Source: a virus. Taken from it: a stretch of DNA of 64,000 nt. The stretch covers positions 4,354 through 68,353 of IMG/VR virus record IMGVR_UViG_3300011921_000005; one strand, given 5' to 3'. Position 1 is the stretch's first letter; every line of letters begins with the position of its first letter. Shown in pieces: positions 32,961 to 42,168 of the stretch. Below the pieces are notes generated by a model, which was not told the origin of the DNA, did not search any database, and worked only from the letters and a program-made list of their open reading frames with translations. Made by a program: the position numbers and the translations under genes.

Positions 32961-33335
32961 TTATTCAGATAAAGGTATTGAAACCCATTCTTGATTTAAT
33001 TCAAACCATCTCCATGTATAACCCTCAATATCATTTGGCTTAGGTATAGGTGGTTCCCATTGAAATGTAGTATAATTTAATTTCCAAGTAGGAAATTGTT
33101 TAGGTGCAATAAATGCATCAAAATCAGCATTATAGAAAAACCCAACTCCAGCATAATTTTTTCTAAAGTTTCTATTATATGAAGTTTGCTTCCATAAGTT
33201 ATGCCCATACAATTCAGTTAAAAAATCAATACCTGCTTGTTCAGATTCTGCACCGTCAATTATAAGTACATCATTAGATACAGCAAGTACATCAATTACA
33301 TTATTGTTTTCATCTAATTTAGCAAAGTGTGCCAT
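32961..33335 (-). CDS. Tail-fibre-associated hypothetical protein
   Basis: MAHFAKLDENN...WKQTSYN...RKNYAG...WEPP; AT-rich; follows the Gly-rich fibre gene. Confidence 0.55.
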   Translation of the reverse strand: MAHFAKLDENNNVIDVLAVSNDVLIIDGAESEQAGIDFLTELYGHNLWKQTSYNRNFRKNYAGVGFFYNADFDAFIAPKQFPTWKLNYTTFQWEPPIPKPNDIEGYTWRWFELNQEWVSIPLSE

Positions 33336-34897
33336 TATATTGTTATACTCCCTGTTCCTGTAAATGCATAGTATGTGTAACCACCGTTTACTGTACGAGT
33401 TGGTGACCCTGTAGTTCCAGCGGCTGTATAAGTTCCACTAAATCGCATAATAACTAAACCAGTACCACCGTTTCCGCCAGTACCAGTACCATTACTGCCA
33501 GTATTATTGAAGGCACCACCTCCACCGCCAGTGTTTGCAGTGCCGTTTGTAGCATTGCCTCCTCCGCCACCAGAGCCACCGCTTTGTCCGCTACCAGAAC
33601 CACCACCTGCAAACCAGTAAGTTCCACCAATGTTTTGTCCAAGTGATGTAGCAGAACCCCAAGAACTATAAGCAGATGTTCCGTTTCCACCAGTACCTTG
33701 ACCGTTAGTATTTCCTGCTTGGCTGTAACCACCACCGCCACCAGCGCGAGAACTGCTTTCATTGCCATTGTAAGTCTGACCACCGCCACCGTTTTGCCCT
33801 TGAGAACCAGTAGATGTGCCAGTACCACCGCTAGTTGGACCATTATTTCCACCACCGCCGCCAGAGCCACCAGAACCACCCGCGGTTCCACTACTAAAAT
33901 CTCTACCAAGTCCACCACCAACAGTGGCTGTTAAAGATAGCGCTCCCCCAGTAATGTTGGATGTTGTTCCTTGAGTTCCAGCACCAGCACCACCCGTACC
34001 GCCTGTACCGCCACTTCCAACTGTTACGGTATATGTAGTACCAATACTAAATGATGTGCCAGTGTGCGCTAATAAACCACCAGCACCACCGCCGCCGCCA
34101 TCACCATTAACATCAAAAGCACCAGCAGCCCCGCCGCCGCCAGCAATAATAAGTGAATCAGCACTTATTGCAGTTGGAATTGTTACAGAGTTTGTTGCAG
34201 AAGATTCTACGCTACTACCATTTGCATTTGTTGCTTTAACTTTAAATGTATAAGAAGAACCACCAGTTAAACCAGTAATGTTTAATGATGTAGAACTTGT
34301 TGTTGCAGCATTTATTGGAGTCTGGGCGGTTGCTCCAATATATGGAGTAACCGTAACTGCTGTAAGATTTTTACCACCAGTTGCACCAAGAGTCCAAGTT
34401 ACATCTACAGTTAATCCAGCAAGTGTGGCAGTACCAATAGTTGGCGCTTGAGGCGTTGTTGTTGCTGTAACAGGTGCTGCATTAGCAGTATTAACAGTAG
34501 TACCAAAATTGTTTTGTGCATTACCGTATACAGTAAAAGAAGTTGCAGGAGTTAATCCAGTTAATGATACAGTTGTGTTTGAAGAACTAGCAGTAAAACC
34601 ACCTGCTGTTGTAAAGGCGTTATATTGGCTAGGTGTTCCTCCACCAGAACCAGGAGCAAAAACAGCATTTAAAGTACCACCTGATGTGAAGGCAAGTGAA
34701 GTACCAACATCTGTTACAGAAATAAGTGATGGAGTTGCTGGAGGTGCAGATACTGCGACCCATGCACTGCCGTTCCAAATTTCTAAGATTTCTAATTGAC
34801 CATTGTAATATGTATCACCTATTACGGGACCTGATGGGCGACCAGCAGTATTACCTGATGGGATGCCACCCTTTTGAGGGTATTGTTGAAATGCCAT
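33335..34897 (-). CDS. Tail fibre/receptor-binding-like protein (FN3-like repeats plus Gly-rich domain)
   Basis: PQAPTIGTAT...VTW...Y.F.V.A.N..G FN3 pattern, then IIAGGGG...GGGGAGG...GG.GLVI.R Gly-rich domain. Confidence 0.7.
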   Translation of the reverse strand: MAFQQYPQKGGIPSGNTAGRPSGPVIGDTYYNGQLEILEIWNGSAWVAVSAPPATPSLISVTDVGTSLAFTSGGTLNAVFAPGSGGGTPSQYNAFTTAGGFTASSSNTTVSLTGLTPATSFTVYGNAQNNFGTTVNTANAAPVTATTTPQAPTIGTATLAGLTVDVTWTLGATGGKNLTAVTVTPYIGATAQTPINAATTSSTSLNITGLTGGSSYTFKVKATNANGSSVESSATNSVTIPTAISADSLIIAGGGGAAGAFDVNGDGGGGGAGGLLAHTGTSFSIGTTYTVTVGSGGTGGTGGAGAGTQGTTSNITGGALSLTATVGGGLGRDFSSGTAGGSGGSGGGGGNNGPTSGGTGTSTGSQGQNGGGGQTYNGNESSSRAGGGGGYSQAGNTNGQGTGGNGTSAYSSWGSATSLGQNIGGTYWFAGGGSGSGQSGGSGGGGGNATNGTANTGGGGGAFNNTGSNGTGTGGNGGTGLVIMRFSGTYTAAGTTGSPTRTVNGGYTYYAFTGTGSITI

Positions 34898-35211
34898 TAT
34901 GAAATCTCCACTCCACTGATGTGAATTGACACAGCAGTTGTAGATGCAAAGCCAGTAATTACCTTAGGTGTTGCGTTAGCAGGAATAACCTGCTTAAGGT
35001 CAAAGCCTACAAGTGAGTTAGCAGGAATAGAAACAGCAGGAACAACCGCTACGCCATCAATAGCAATAGTTGCTGTTGATGCTGAGGTTGCTGCGTTAGC
35101 CAACACAATGTTTGACACAACAGTTATAGTTGATGTATTAGGTACTGTGTATAGAGTGGTACTTGATGTGGCTGCTGCTGTTCTAGCAAGAGCCTGGGTT
35201 AATGTAGCCAT
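34897..35211 (-). CDS. Small virion protein
   Basis: 104 aa beta-rich ORF (LYTVP...ISGVEIS) between fibre genes. Confidence 0.55.
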   Translation of the reverse strand: MATLTQALARTAAATSSTTLYTVPNTSTITVVSNIVLANAATSASTATIAIDGVAVVPAVSIPANSLVGFDLKQVIPANATPKVITGFASTTAVSIHISGVEIS

Positions 35212-35226
35212 TAGTTACTACCTTTC

Positions 35227-36927
35227 CTAAAGTGCTTCCATAAGAAGCAGGGTGAGTTCGTCTTTAATACTACCTGGTCCAGTAAGGACAATATCGGTAA
35301 CACCATTTAAAGTTCCTATTGTTGTACCAGATGCTATAAGTGTTGAACCAATAGTAGGTGCTGAGTAAGAACTAGTTGTGTTAATAGCAACCCAAGCACT
35401 ACCTGACCACACAGCCATAACACTAGTTACTGAGTTAAAGTACATAGCACCAACAAGAAGTGTGTTGCCATCATTGTCTGTAGTTGGAGCAGTTGTTTTA
35501 GCGCCAAGATAACGGTCATCAAAATTGTCATAAGTTGTAGCAGCATCAGATGCACTTGTTGCTGCGCTTGACGCAGAAGTAGATGCTGATGCAGCACTTG
35601 TTGTAGCAGCCGTGGCTGATGCAGCAGCAGATGTAGCACTGGTAGCAGCAGCGGTTTGTGAGGCTGCTGCGGATGTGGCTGAAGTAGAGGCTGCTGTTGC
35701 TGAGGCTGCTGAACTTGTAGCCGAAGTACTGGCTGCGGTAGCAGAAGCCGCTGCTGAGGTAGCGCTAGTAGATGCTGCGCTAGCCGAGTTAGCGGCACTG
35801 GTAGCACTAGTAGAAGCAGAAGAGGCAGACGTAGATGCGGCTGATGCTGAGTTGGCAGCAGAAGTGGCTGAAGTCTGAATAGCGGCTACTGAGTTGGCTG
35901 CTGTAGTAGCGCTAGCAGCAGCGCTAGAAGCGCTTGTAGCGGCTGCTGTGGCGCTTGTAGCAGCACTTGCAGCAGATGTGCTAGCAGCAGTAGCAGAAGC
36001 GGCAGCAGAGGTAGCCGAAGTCGCAGCAGCGGCTACGCTTCCACTAATAGAAGAGGCAGATGCAGCAGCGCTGGTAGCAGATGTAGCAGCAGATGAGGCT
36101 GAAGTAGCAGCCGAAGACGCTGAAGTAGAAGCAGCCGTAGCGCTATTTGCAGCGCTGGTTGCTGAAGTAGCAATTGTAGCCACAGAGTTAGCAGCCGTTG
36201 TAGCAGAGGCTGCCGCTGAAGTTGCTGACGTAGCAGCAGAAGCAGCAGAAGTTGCTGCTGCTGTAGCGGATGTACCTGCGTTAGAAGCAGATGTTGCTGC
36301 GCTTGCAGCGCTTGTTGCTGCTGCTGTTTGGCTGGCTGTCTGTAGTACAAGTATAGCATCTACATAATTTTTAGGAGTTGCCTGCGTGTCGGCTAGTGAC
36401 GAACTAGTTAATCCAGTTACAATTGCACCTGTCAGGGTGCCACCAGAAATAGTAGCAGTAGAAGTAATAGTACCAGATAGAGTCGCTCCAGCGACTATAG
36501 GTGTAGTCAGTGTTTTATTAGTAAGTGTTTGAGTAGCAGCAGTACCTACAACTACACCAGATGTAGCAAGCAATCCGTGTACTTGACCAGTTGCTTCAAT
36601 GTGAGTATTAGACTCACGAAGGTCACGACCAATAATCATATGTCGGACTACAGCACCTGCTGAGTGGTCTTGCGCTGTGCCAGTAGCATCAACGCTACGA
36701 GTAATAGTAAACGTATTACTAGACGCAGCCGTAATATCTACAATTTCTTCAATGGCTGTATCTGGGTCAATGACTACGGTAAACGTAGCACCATTTATAA
36801 ACTCACCTGAACCTACAGTAGCAAGCAATGTAGATGCAGATGCAACTGCCATTGATGTAGCGCCAGATGTAATAGCAGATGTTAGCGTTGTTTGTTGAGA
36901 ACGAGATGTATATTTACGGACTGTCAT
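35227..36927 (-). CDS. Tail fibre-like protein with a long Ala/Ser/Thr repeat shaft
   Basis: About 250 aa of SAASAATSA-type repeats, followed by YDNFDDRYLGAK...DNDGN.L..GA.YFN. Confidence 0.7.
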   Translation of the reverse strand: MTVRKYTSRSQQTTLTSAITSGATSMAVASASTLLATVGSGEFINGATFTVVIDPDTAIEEIVDITAASSNTFTITRSVDATGTAQDHSAGAVVRHMIIGRDLRESNTHIEATGQVHGLLATSGVVVGTAATQTLTNKTLTTPIVAGATLSGTITSTATISGGTLTGAIVTGLTSSSLADTQATPKNYVDAILVLQTASQTAAATSAASAATSASNAGTSATAAATSAASAATSATSAAASATTAANSVATIATSATSAANSATAASTSASSAATSASSAATSATSAAASASSISGSVAAAATSATSAAASATAASTSAASAATSATAAATSASSAAASATTAANSVAAIQTSATSAANSASAASTSASSASTSATSAANSASAASTSATSAAASATAASTSATSSAASATAASTSATSAAASQTAAATSATSAAASATAATTSAASASTSASSAATSASDAATTYDNFDDRYLGAKTTAPTTDNDGNTLLVGAMYFNSVTSVMAVWSGSAWVAINTTSSYSAPTIGSTLIASGTTIGTLNGVTDIVLTGPGSIKDELTLLLMEAL

Positions 36928-36935
36928 GTGGTTGC

Positions 36936-37832
36936 CTATCTACCGTAGTGGACGCGGGTTGGGTACTGAAGTTTCTGCTTAAGCGATTCGTCTTCAAGAC
37001 GCTGTAAGTAGAGAGTTTGCAATTGACGAGTTACGTTTGCACCTGTTCCATACGGACGCTTGCTGTCAATTTCATCTGATTGTGGAGAAGTAATAGAATT
37101 ACGGGCTGGGTCAAAGAAAGAAGCAAGTCGCCAAGAAGCGCCGTAAATAACTACGTCTCTCATACTGGTTGGCAAACCAGATACACTTTCAAAATTGTCC
37201 GTAGGGTTTTGTAACTCTACTGGCATGTGTGAATAAATAATATTAATAGTACGACCTGGAAGAACGTTGTCGTAAATAGATACGGTCTTACCAGTTGGAA
37301 ATGATGGAGCATAAGCAATTGGGTCCCAACGCCATTGGCGGATAGGCAGCCATTCAAGTGTTGGTCCAACTGATTGCCATGCCATTGAAAGAATCTGAAT
37401 GGCTTCTGACGGTACAGGATAAGTTGTACGGCTAGCCAAGAAAGATACTGGAGTAGAACCTACTGCATACACCTTTGGGTACACAGAATTAATTGTGTCG
37501 TTAATTGCACGCTTAACAGCCTGACGTGGGTATGTAGGTGCAATTGTAATCTTAGAGTTTACGCTATGTGCTGCTGCTGTTGTGCCATTATAACCGCGAC
37601 CATAAGGAGCAATGCTTACTGTGTTTGATTGACGGTCATATGAATCTACCCACATCATTTCGTCATCAATTTCAATAATGCCTTTACCAATGTTTTCAGT
37701 AGATGCAACTTTAATGCTAAGGTCACTGCTAGACATTTCAGTAGTAAGATAAGTAGCGCGGTCTTGACGGTAGGTAAAACCTGCAAGGTTTAGTTGCGTG
37801 TCATTAATAAGGTCAGTTAACGTAGTTGCCAT
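36936..37832 (-). CDS. Putative head-tail adaptor/tail tubular protein
   Basis: 298 aa; RGYNGTTAAAH, AINDTIN; functional call from position. Confidence 0.5.
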   Translation of the reverse strand: MATTLTDLINDTQLNLAGFTYRQDRATYLTTEMSSSDLSIKVASTENIGKGIIEIDDEMMWVDSYDRQSNTVSIAPYGRGYNGTTAAAHSVNSKITIAPTYPRQAVKRAINDTINSVYPKVYAVGSTPVSFLASRTTYPVPSEAIQILSMAWQSVGPTLEWLPIRQWRWDPIAYAPSFPTGKTVSIYDNVLPGRTINIIYSHMPVELQNPTDNFESVSGLPTSMRDVVIYGASWRLASFFDPARNSITSPQSDEIDSKRPYGTGANVTRQLQTLYLQRLEDESLKQKLQYPTRVHYGR

Positions 37833-38167
37833 TAGGAAGCGATAGTCCTTAATGCGGTAACGATTTCAACGTACTGGTTAGGAGGAAAGTTCATTCCAGC
37901 CAGTTCGTTAGCAACTGCGTTATTCGCCTTGTAGTCTTTAGCAGCACGGGTTGGGTCTGCTTTGAAATTAAGAGCAGCGGTCATTCCCAGTCCTGGGTCA
38001 GTGCCACACCAATCATTTGCTGCACCAGTATCATCTTTATATGTAAGACGATTTGGGTATTCGCCACCATTGGCAAGACGATTTAATTCATCACGTAGTG
38101 TTGAACCTGGAAATCCATAAAGAGTGTATGTAGTTCCATTGTACGTAGCAGTACCGTATGTAGTCAT
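37832..38167 (-). CDS. Hypothetical protein
   Basis: 111 aa, coupled to neighbours. Confidence 0.6.
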   Translation of the reverse strand: MTTYGTATYNGTTYTLYGFPGSTLRDELNRLANGGEYPNRLTYKDDTGAANDWCGTDPGLGMTAALNFKADPTRAAKDYKANNAVANELAGMNFPPNQYVEIVTALRTIAS

Positions 38168-38325
38168 TACTTGCCTTTCTTTTGTGCGGCTCTCATATTG
38201 TCTACAAGATTAGGATATTTTCTGCCAGCCTTTTTAGCGGCAGCCTTTGCTGACGCTTTGGCAGCAGGTGTAAGTGGTGTTGATTTTTTCTTTGGGTTAG
38301 GTGTTTCCCAAACTTTTTTAGCCAT
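38167..38325 (-). CDS. Small Lys/Ala-rich protein (52 aa)
   Basis: Hand-translated MAKKVWETPNPKKKSTPLTPAAKASAKAAAKKAGRKYPNLVDNMRAAQKKGK. Confidence 0.7.
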   Translation of the reverse strand: MAKKVWETPNPKKKSTPLTPAAKASAKAAAKKAGRKYPNLVDNMRAAQKKGK

Positions 38326-38582
38326 TACCATTTAACCTTGTCTGCCCAATATGCAGCACTCATCTTGCCTTTAGCAATGTTCTTAGCATGACGGGCTTTA
38401 AAAGAAGCCTGACGTGCTGTTGGTTTTTTATCACCAGTAACTCCCTGTTGACCAAAGCGAATAGTCTTGACCGTGCTACCTTCTTTAGCAACAACTACGT
38501 GGCTCTTCTTTGGGTGGTTTGGTGTGCGCTTAGGCTTGTTAAAGCCTGACACTCCTGCTCGCTTTAGTCTAGGGTCTGTCAT
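38325..38582 (-). CDS. Small basic conserved hypothetical protein
   Basis: 85 aa, KTIRFGQQG...SFKARH...SAAYWA. Confidence 0.7.
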   Translation of the reverse strand: MTDPRLKRAGVSGFNKPKRTPNHPKKSHVVVAKEGSTVKTIRFGQQGVTGDKKPTARQASFKARHAKNIAKGKMSAAYWADKVKW

Positions 38583-38870
38583 TTACTTACGCTTTCCTTT
38601 ACTGTCATAACGTGCGCCTTTTACAATTGCTCCAACTGCTTGTCCAAACTCAGCCTTAGCCTTGTTATCTTTAGGCTTAACACCCATAACAACACCCTTG
38701 CTAGTATGACGTGGAGTATTCTGCGCAGCATCTGCATCAAGAATATCTTTGACAACAGCCTTAGCATATTGTCCAGTTTCTTTTACAGCATTACCAAAGT
38801 AACCTGCAATAGGCTTGTAAATCTTATTTATGTTTGAACGGTCATCCGCTGCGCGGCGTGTACCCGCCAT
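38583..38870 (-). CDS. Small basic hypothetical protein
   Basis: 95 aa, coupled. Confidence 0.6.
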   Translation of the reverse strand: MAGTRRAADDRSNINKIYKPIAGYFGNAVKETGQYAKAVVKDILDADAAQNTPRHTSKGVVMGVKPKDNKAKAEFGQAVGAIVKGARYDSKGKRK

Positions 38871-39103
38871 TAGAACTTACCGCCACCTACTGTAGGTTGT
38901 GTGTAAACACCCTGCACTACAGTTGCTGGACCGTTAGCGGTTCCTGCTCCTGAGCGTGGTGCTGACATAGGGGCTTGTCCTGGTCCTACTCCGCCACCAA
39001 AGTCCTTGTTAACAGCAGACTTGTCTGTAGCAGCCTTACGTACTTTTGCTGGTACCTGTAGTCCAGCACCAAATACGTTTGAGTTCATATATTCATTAGC
39101 CAT
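38870..39103 (-). CDS. Small Gly/Pro-rich hypothetical protein
   Basis: Start moved to MANEYM (SD AAAGGA). Confidence 0.55.
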   Translation of the reverse strand: MANEYMNSNVFGAGLQVPAKVRKAATDKSAVNKDFGGGVGPGQAPMSAPRSGAGTANGPATVVQGVYTQPTVGGGKF

Positions 39104-39105
39104 GT

Positions 39106-39294
39106 TTAGTTTCCTTTTCCGTATGGTGCTGGTGTGTTCCAACCAGCGATTACGCTTGCATCTGAGTTGTGTAGTTCTTGTCCACCAATAGATGAACCGC
39201 CAACATAAGACGGGGTTCCTGCACTCTTGGTGTTTGTACGCACTGGTGCGTCAATAGTTACTGGGCGGTCTGCGCATCCACATGCTGTGCACAT
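39106..39294 (-). CDS. Small hypothetical protein (MCTACGC)
   Basis: 62 aa, N-terminal Cys cluster. Confidence 0.55.
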   Translation of the reverse strand: MCTACGCADRPVTIDAPVRTNTKSAGTPSYVGGSSIGGQELHNSDASVIAGWNTPAPYGKGN

Positions 39295-39296
39295 AA

Positions 39297-39500
39297 TTAC
39301 TTGCCCTTCTTCATTACGCGCTTACGAAGAGCCATGTCCATACGCATGTCTGCCTTAGCAGATGGCTTCTTGACATCCATCTTCTTGTCAGCCTTCTTGA
39401 AGGCGGACTTCTGCGCTGGCTTCATACCCATCATCATCTTCTTATCCTGTGCCATGTCTTTCTTCATTGACATAGCGGCTGCCTTCTTCTTTGCTGCCAT
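39297..39500 (-). CDS. Small Lys/Met-rich protein
   Basis: 67 aa MAAKKKAAAMSMKKDMAQDKK... Confidence 0.65.
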   Translation of the reverse strand: MAAKKKAAAMSMKKDMAQDKKMMMGMKPAQKSAFKKADKKMDVKKPSAKADMRMDMALRKRVMKKGK

Positions 39501-39979
39501 TAGATTTGTCCTATCTCTTTCATTACTGCTACGGTTTCTTTATTAATTTGTGTTGCCTTTGGCATAGTCTCACCACTGTAAGGTCTGTTAAGAACCTCTG
39601 ATGCTTCTAGCGCTTTCTCTACAGCCTTGCGTGAAGTTGCCTCAGGTTGTACACCTTGAGCACGTGCATCTCTGTAGAAATCTAGTTCTTTGTCCCACTT
39701 CTTTTGAGTGATACCAGCATTTATAATGTGACTTGATGCATCACCAGTTGCTAATTGTAATCCTTTAGCCTTGCAACCAAAGCAAGGGTTATTATCACAA
39801 TCACTGTGGTCAATTTGTTTAGCCTTGTATTCACCAGCATCTTCCCATGCTGTTTTTGACGTAGCATCACAACGGGTACAACCCCAAAGTTCTACCGTAA
39901 AATGCATCTGCCCATCTACTAACGTGTAGCCATCTTTAACTACTTTGCCAACATGTCCCTCTTCAATACACTTACTCAT
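39500..39979 (-). CDS. Conserved hypothetical protein
   Basis: C-terminal half matches the partial gene at 1..153. Confidence 0.7.
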   Translation of the reverse strand: MSKCIEEGHVGKVVKDGYTLVDGQMHFTVELWGCTRCDATSKTAWEDAGEYKAKQIDHSDCDNNPCFGCKAKGLQLATGDASSHIINAGITQKKWDKELDFYRDARAQGVQPEATSRKAVEKALEASEVLNRPYSGETMPKATQINKETVAVMKEIGQI

Positions 39980-40239
39980 TATTCCGCCCTTACGTATGCT
40001 CCATATCCCTGAGCAATTAGTTCTTGAGCCTGATATTCAGGTATGACATATTCATGTCCACCTAAATAAAATATGTCGGCATCTGCAATTACATCTTCTG
40101 TGGGAAAAGTTGTTTCAGACCATACGCCGTTGTTGCGTTGTAGACTCTTACCACGTGTCAAGCGATAACGAATGAACAAACGTCCACCGCCTGCTGGACC
40201 GTACTCCTCCGTTGGAGGGGTTAAGATATAAGTAGTCAT
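39979..40239 (-). CDS. Conserved 86-aa protein downstream of the capsid gene (Y)
   Basis: Homologue of 150..410. Confidence 0.7.
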   Translation of the reverse strand: MTTYILTPPTEEYGPAGGGRLFIRYRLTRGKSLQRNNGVWSETTFPTEDVIADADIFYLGGHEYVIPEYQAQELIAQGYGAYVRAE

Positions 40240-40262
40240 TAGTCTCCTATAGTTGATTTACT

Positions 40263-40294
40263 ATAGGACAGCGAGATTGCTCTCCCTGCCCTAT
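40263..40294 (-). other. GNRA (GCAA) tetraloop hairpin after capsid gene Y
   Basis: ATAGGGCAG-G-GAGA-GCAA-TCTC-G-CTGTCCTAT, with no U-tract. Confidence 0.6.
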
Positions 40295-40311
40295 CGTCAA
40301 TTAACTATTGT

Positions 40312-41523
40312 TTACACAAAGTCAATTGATGAAGAAGTCTCTACGCGGTAGAGTGCTTCCTGACGGTAGATAGCGTGACCAAGTACGCCGTACCATCCGA
40401 GTGGACGGTGACGCATCAACTTGTCAACGACTGGTCCGATAACAACATGTGGCTCCTCAGCAACCGCTTCAGCAAGTGCTTGCTGTCCAGCAAAGTAGGT
40501 GTTGAACACCTTTGTTACTGGTGTGATTGTGATAGCAGTTGTTGCTGATACAGCGCCAGTGTTAGCAATTGTTACTGTTACTGATGTTCCATCAATAGCA
40601 GCAACCTTTGCGCCTGAAGCAATACCTGTACCAGATACCTTGTCACCAACATTTAGACCTGATGTAGATGTAAATGTGATAACAGTTGCTGCTGATGCTG
40701 ATGTAGCAGAAGCAGTTGTACCTGATGTAGTGCGGTCAGCACCTGTCTTGTCAGAGAATAGACGTGGTGATTCTACGTAGAATGCACCTTCGTATGTTCC
40801 TAGTTCGCCTGCCCAGATAGCATCATTTGACTGATACTCATGTGGCTGACGCCATGAACCAACGCCTGTTTCCGCACGTAGGTCAAGAGCAACTTCTGGG
40901 TGGATACCAGCCCAGTAGAGTGAACCCTTGCGTGGGATAGCCTTGTTTGAACGCAACTTAGCAGTTGTCTTACGTGCAAGAGCAGATGTGAAAACATCTG
41001 AAGATGTAAGTGAACCTGAAGTTGTTGCTGTTCCGCCGTAAAGAACATTGGTAGAACCAGTGTTTGCGGAACCGTTAATGATAGAACCTGCTGCACGGTC
41101 AGCGAGAACATTCTGCGCTACTGTGTCAATTGAGTCTGCCATGTTGAACGCAATGATGTTAGCGATTGCTGGGTCTACATCAGCAAGGCTGAAGAGTTCC
41201 AACGCACGTGTTACGAGTACTGCGTTACCACGCTCAACGAGTGTGATTGTGGTGTATGTTGGTGTAGCCATTGCTACAGCATCTGGGTCAACTGTTTCTG
41301 TTAGTGAAGCAGTAGTCTGTGTCAAGTCAACATAACGCTGCAAGACAACTGATGAACCAGGGATGCTTTGACGGGCTGGAGTCTTATCTGCGACTGAGCG
41401 GATGAGTGGTTGCGCACGTAGTGCGAACTCAATCAGACGGTCATATGCCTTCTGGACAAGACCTGCTGCTCCTACTGTACCTCCAAGCGAGTTGGAAGCG
41501 GTAGATACATATGCATTAGCCAT
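40312..41523 (-). CDS. Major capsid protein, phage Y
   Basis: 403 aa; YDRLIEFALR, HPEVALDLR, GELGTYEG, PLGWYG; SD GGAGGTG. Confidence 0.9.
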   Translation of the reverse strand: MANAYVSTASNSLGGTVGAAGLVQKAYDRLIEFALRAQPLIRSVADKTPARQSIPGSSVVLQRYVDLTQTTASLTETVDPDAVAMATPTYTTITLVERGNAVLVTRALELFSLADVDPAIANIIAFNMADSIDTVAQNVLADRAAGSIINGSANTGSTNVLYGGTATTSGSLTSSDVFTSALARKTTAKLRSNKAIPRKGSLYWAGIHPEVALDLRAETGVGSWRQPHEYQSNDAIWAGELGTYEGAFYVESPRLFSDKTGADRTTSGTTASATSASAATVITFTSTSGLNVGDKVSGTGIASGAKVAAIDGTSVTVTIANTGAVSATTAITITPVTKVFNTYFAGQQALAEAVAEEPHVVIGPVVDKLMRHRPLGWYGVLGHAIYRQEALYRVETSSSIDFV

Positions 41524-41562
41524 TTATTGCACCTCCTTCTGAGGGTTTAGTTCGGTTGAGTT

Positions 41563-42042
41563 TTACTGAAATTCGCCCGATTGAATCATTGCAATAATCT
41601 CATCAGCGCTTTGAGCGTTGTTAAGACGTAGCAATGTGTCATCTGAGCGGTCAGGCGTAAACGCCTGCTGAGTAACAATGTCCTGCTGGCGTAATGCCGC
41701 ACGGTCAATTGTTTGTTCAGGCGTCTGTTGCTGACGTACTTGTAGTCCGAATACTTCGGCGTTATCATCAACCCAGTTAGAAACTGAATCTTCTGTAATG
41801 TCACCATCTAGTTCACGGACAATCAAGCGTGCAGCCTTTGGACTTACGCCTTTATCTTCTAGGACTTTCTTAATGACGGTCTCACGTTGAGCCTTATCAA
41901 AGGCTTCAAGTTTTTCTGTGAGTTCTTTAATACGCTTCTCATCTGCACGCTTAGCCTTACGCAATTGTTTCATTGCATCGCCATCATTCAGTGGAGTTGT
42001 ATCCATTTCGTCTTCTTCTTCGTCCCAGTATTGGTTGGTCAT
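41563..42042 (-). CDS. Putative capsid scaffolding protein, phage Y
   Basis: Start moved to MTNQYW (SD GGGAG); homologue of 1683..2135. Confidence 0.75.
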   Translation of the reverse strand: MTNQYWDEEEDEMDTTPLNDGDAMKQLRKAKRADEKRIKELTEKLEAFDKAQRETVIKKVLEDKGVSPKAARLIVRELDGDITEDSVSNWVDDNAEVFGLQVRQQQTPEQTIDRAALRQQDIVTQQAFTPDRSDDTLLRLNNAQSADEIIAMIQSGEFQ

Positions 42043-42065
42043 AGCAACCGTTCTCCCATTCTTCA

Positions 42066-42164
42066 TTAGTTGAATCGCAGACCACAACATAGTTCGGGGA
42101 AACTGTGTTGGCTTCTACTCCCAGTCTGTTACGCCGTACGGGGCTGGTCGGTCCGTTCGGGATT
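42066..42164 (-). ncRNA. Conserved structured RNA element upstream of the scaffold gene (copy Y)
   Basis: Same loops as 2153..2253 with compensatory stem changes. Confidence 0.75.
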
Positions 42165-42168
42165 TTAG

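Noticed and set aside
33335-36927. Diversity-generating retroelement acting on fibre genes
   Set aside because: No reverse transcriptase and no template/variable repeat pair seen.
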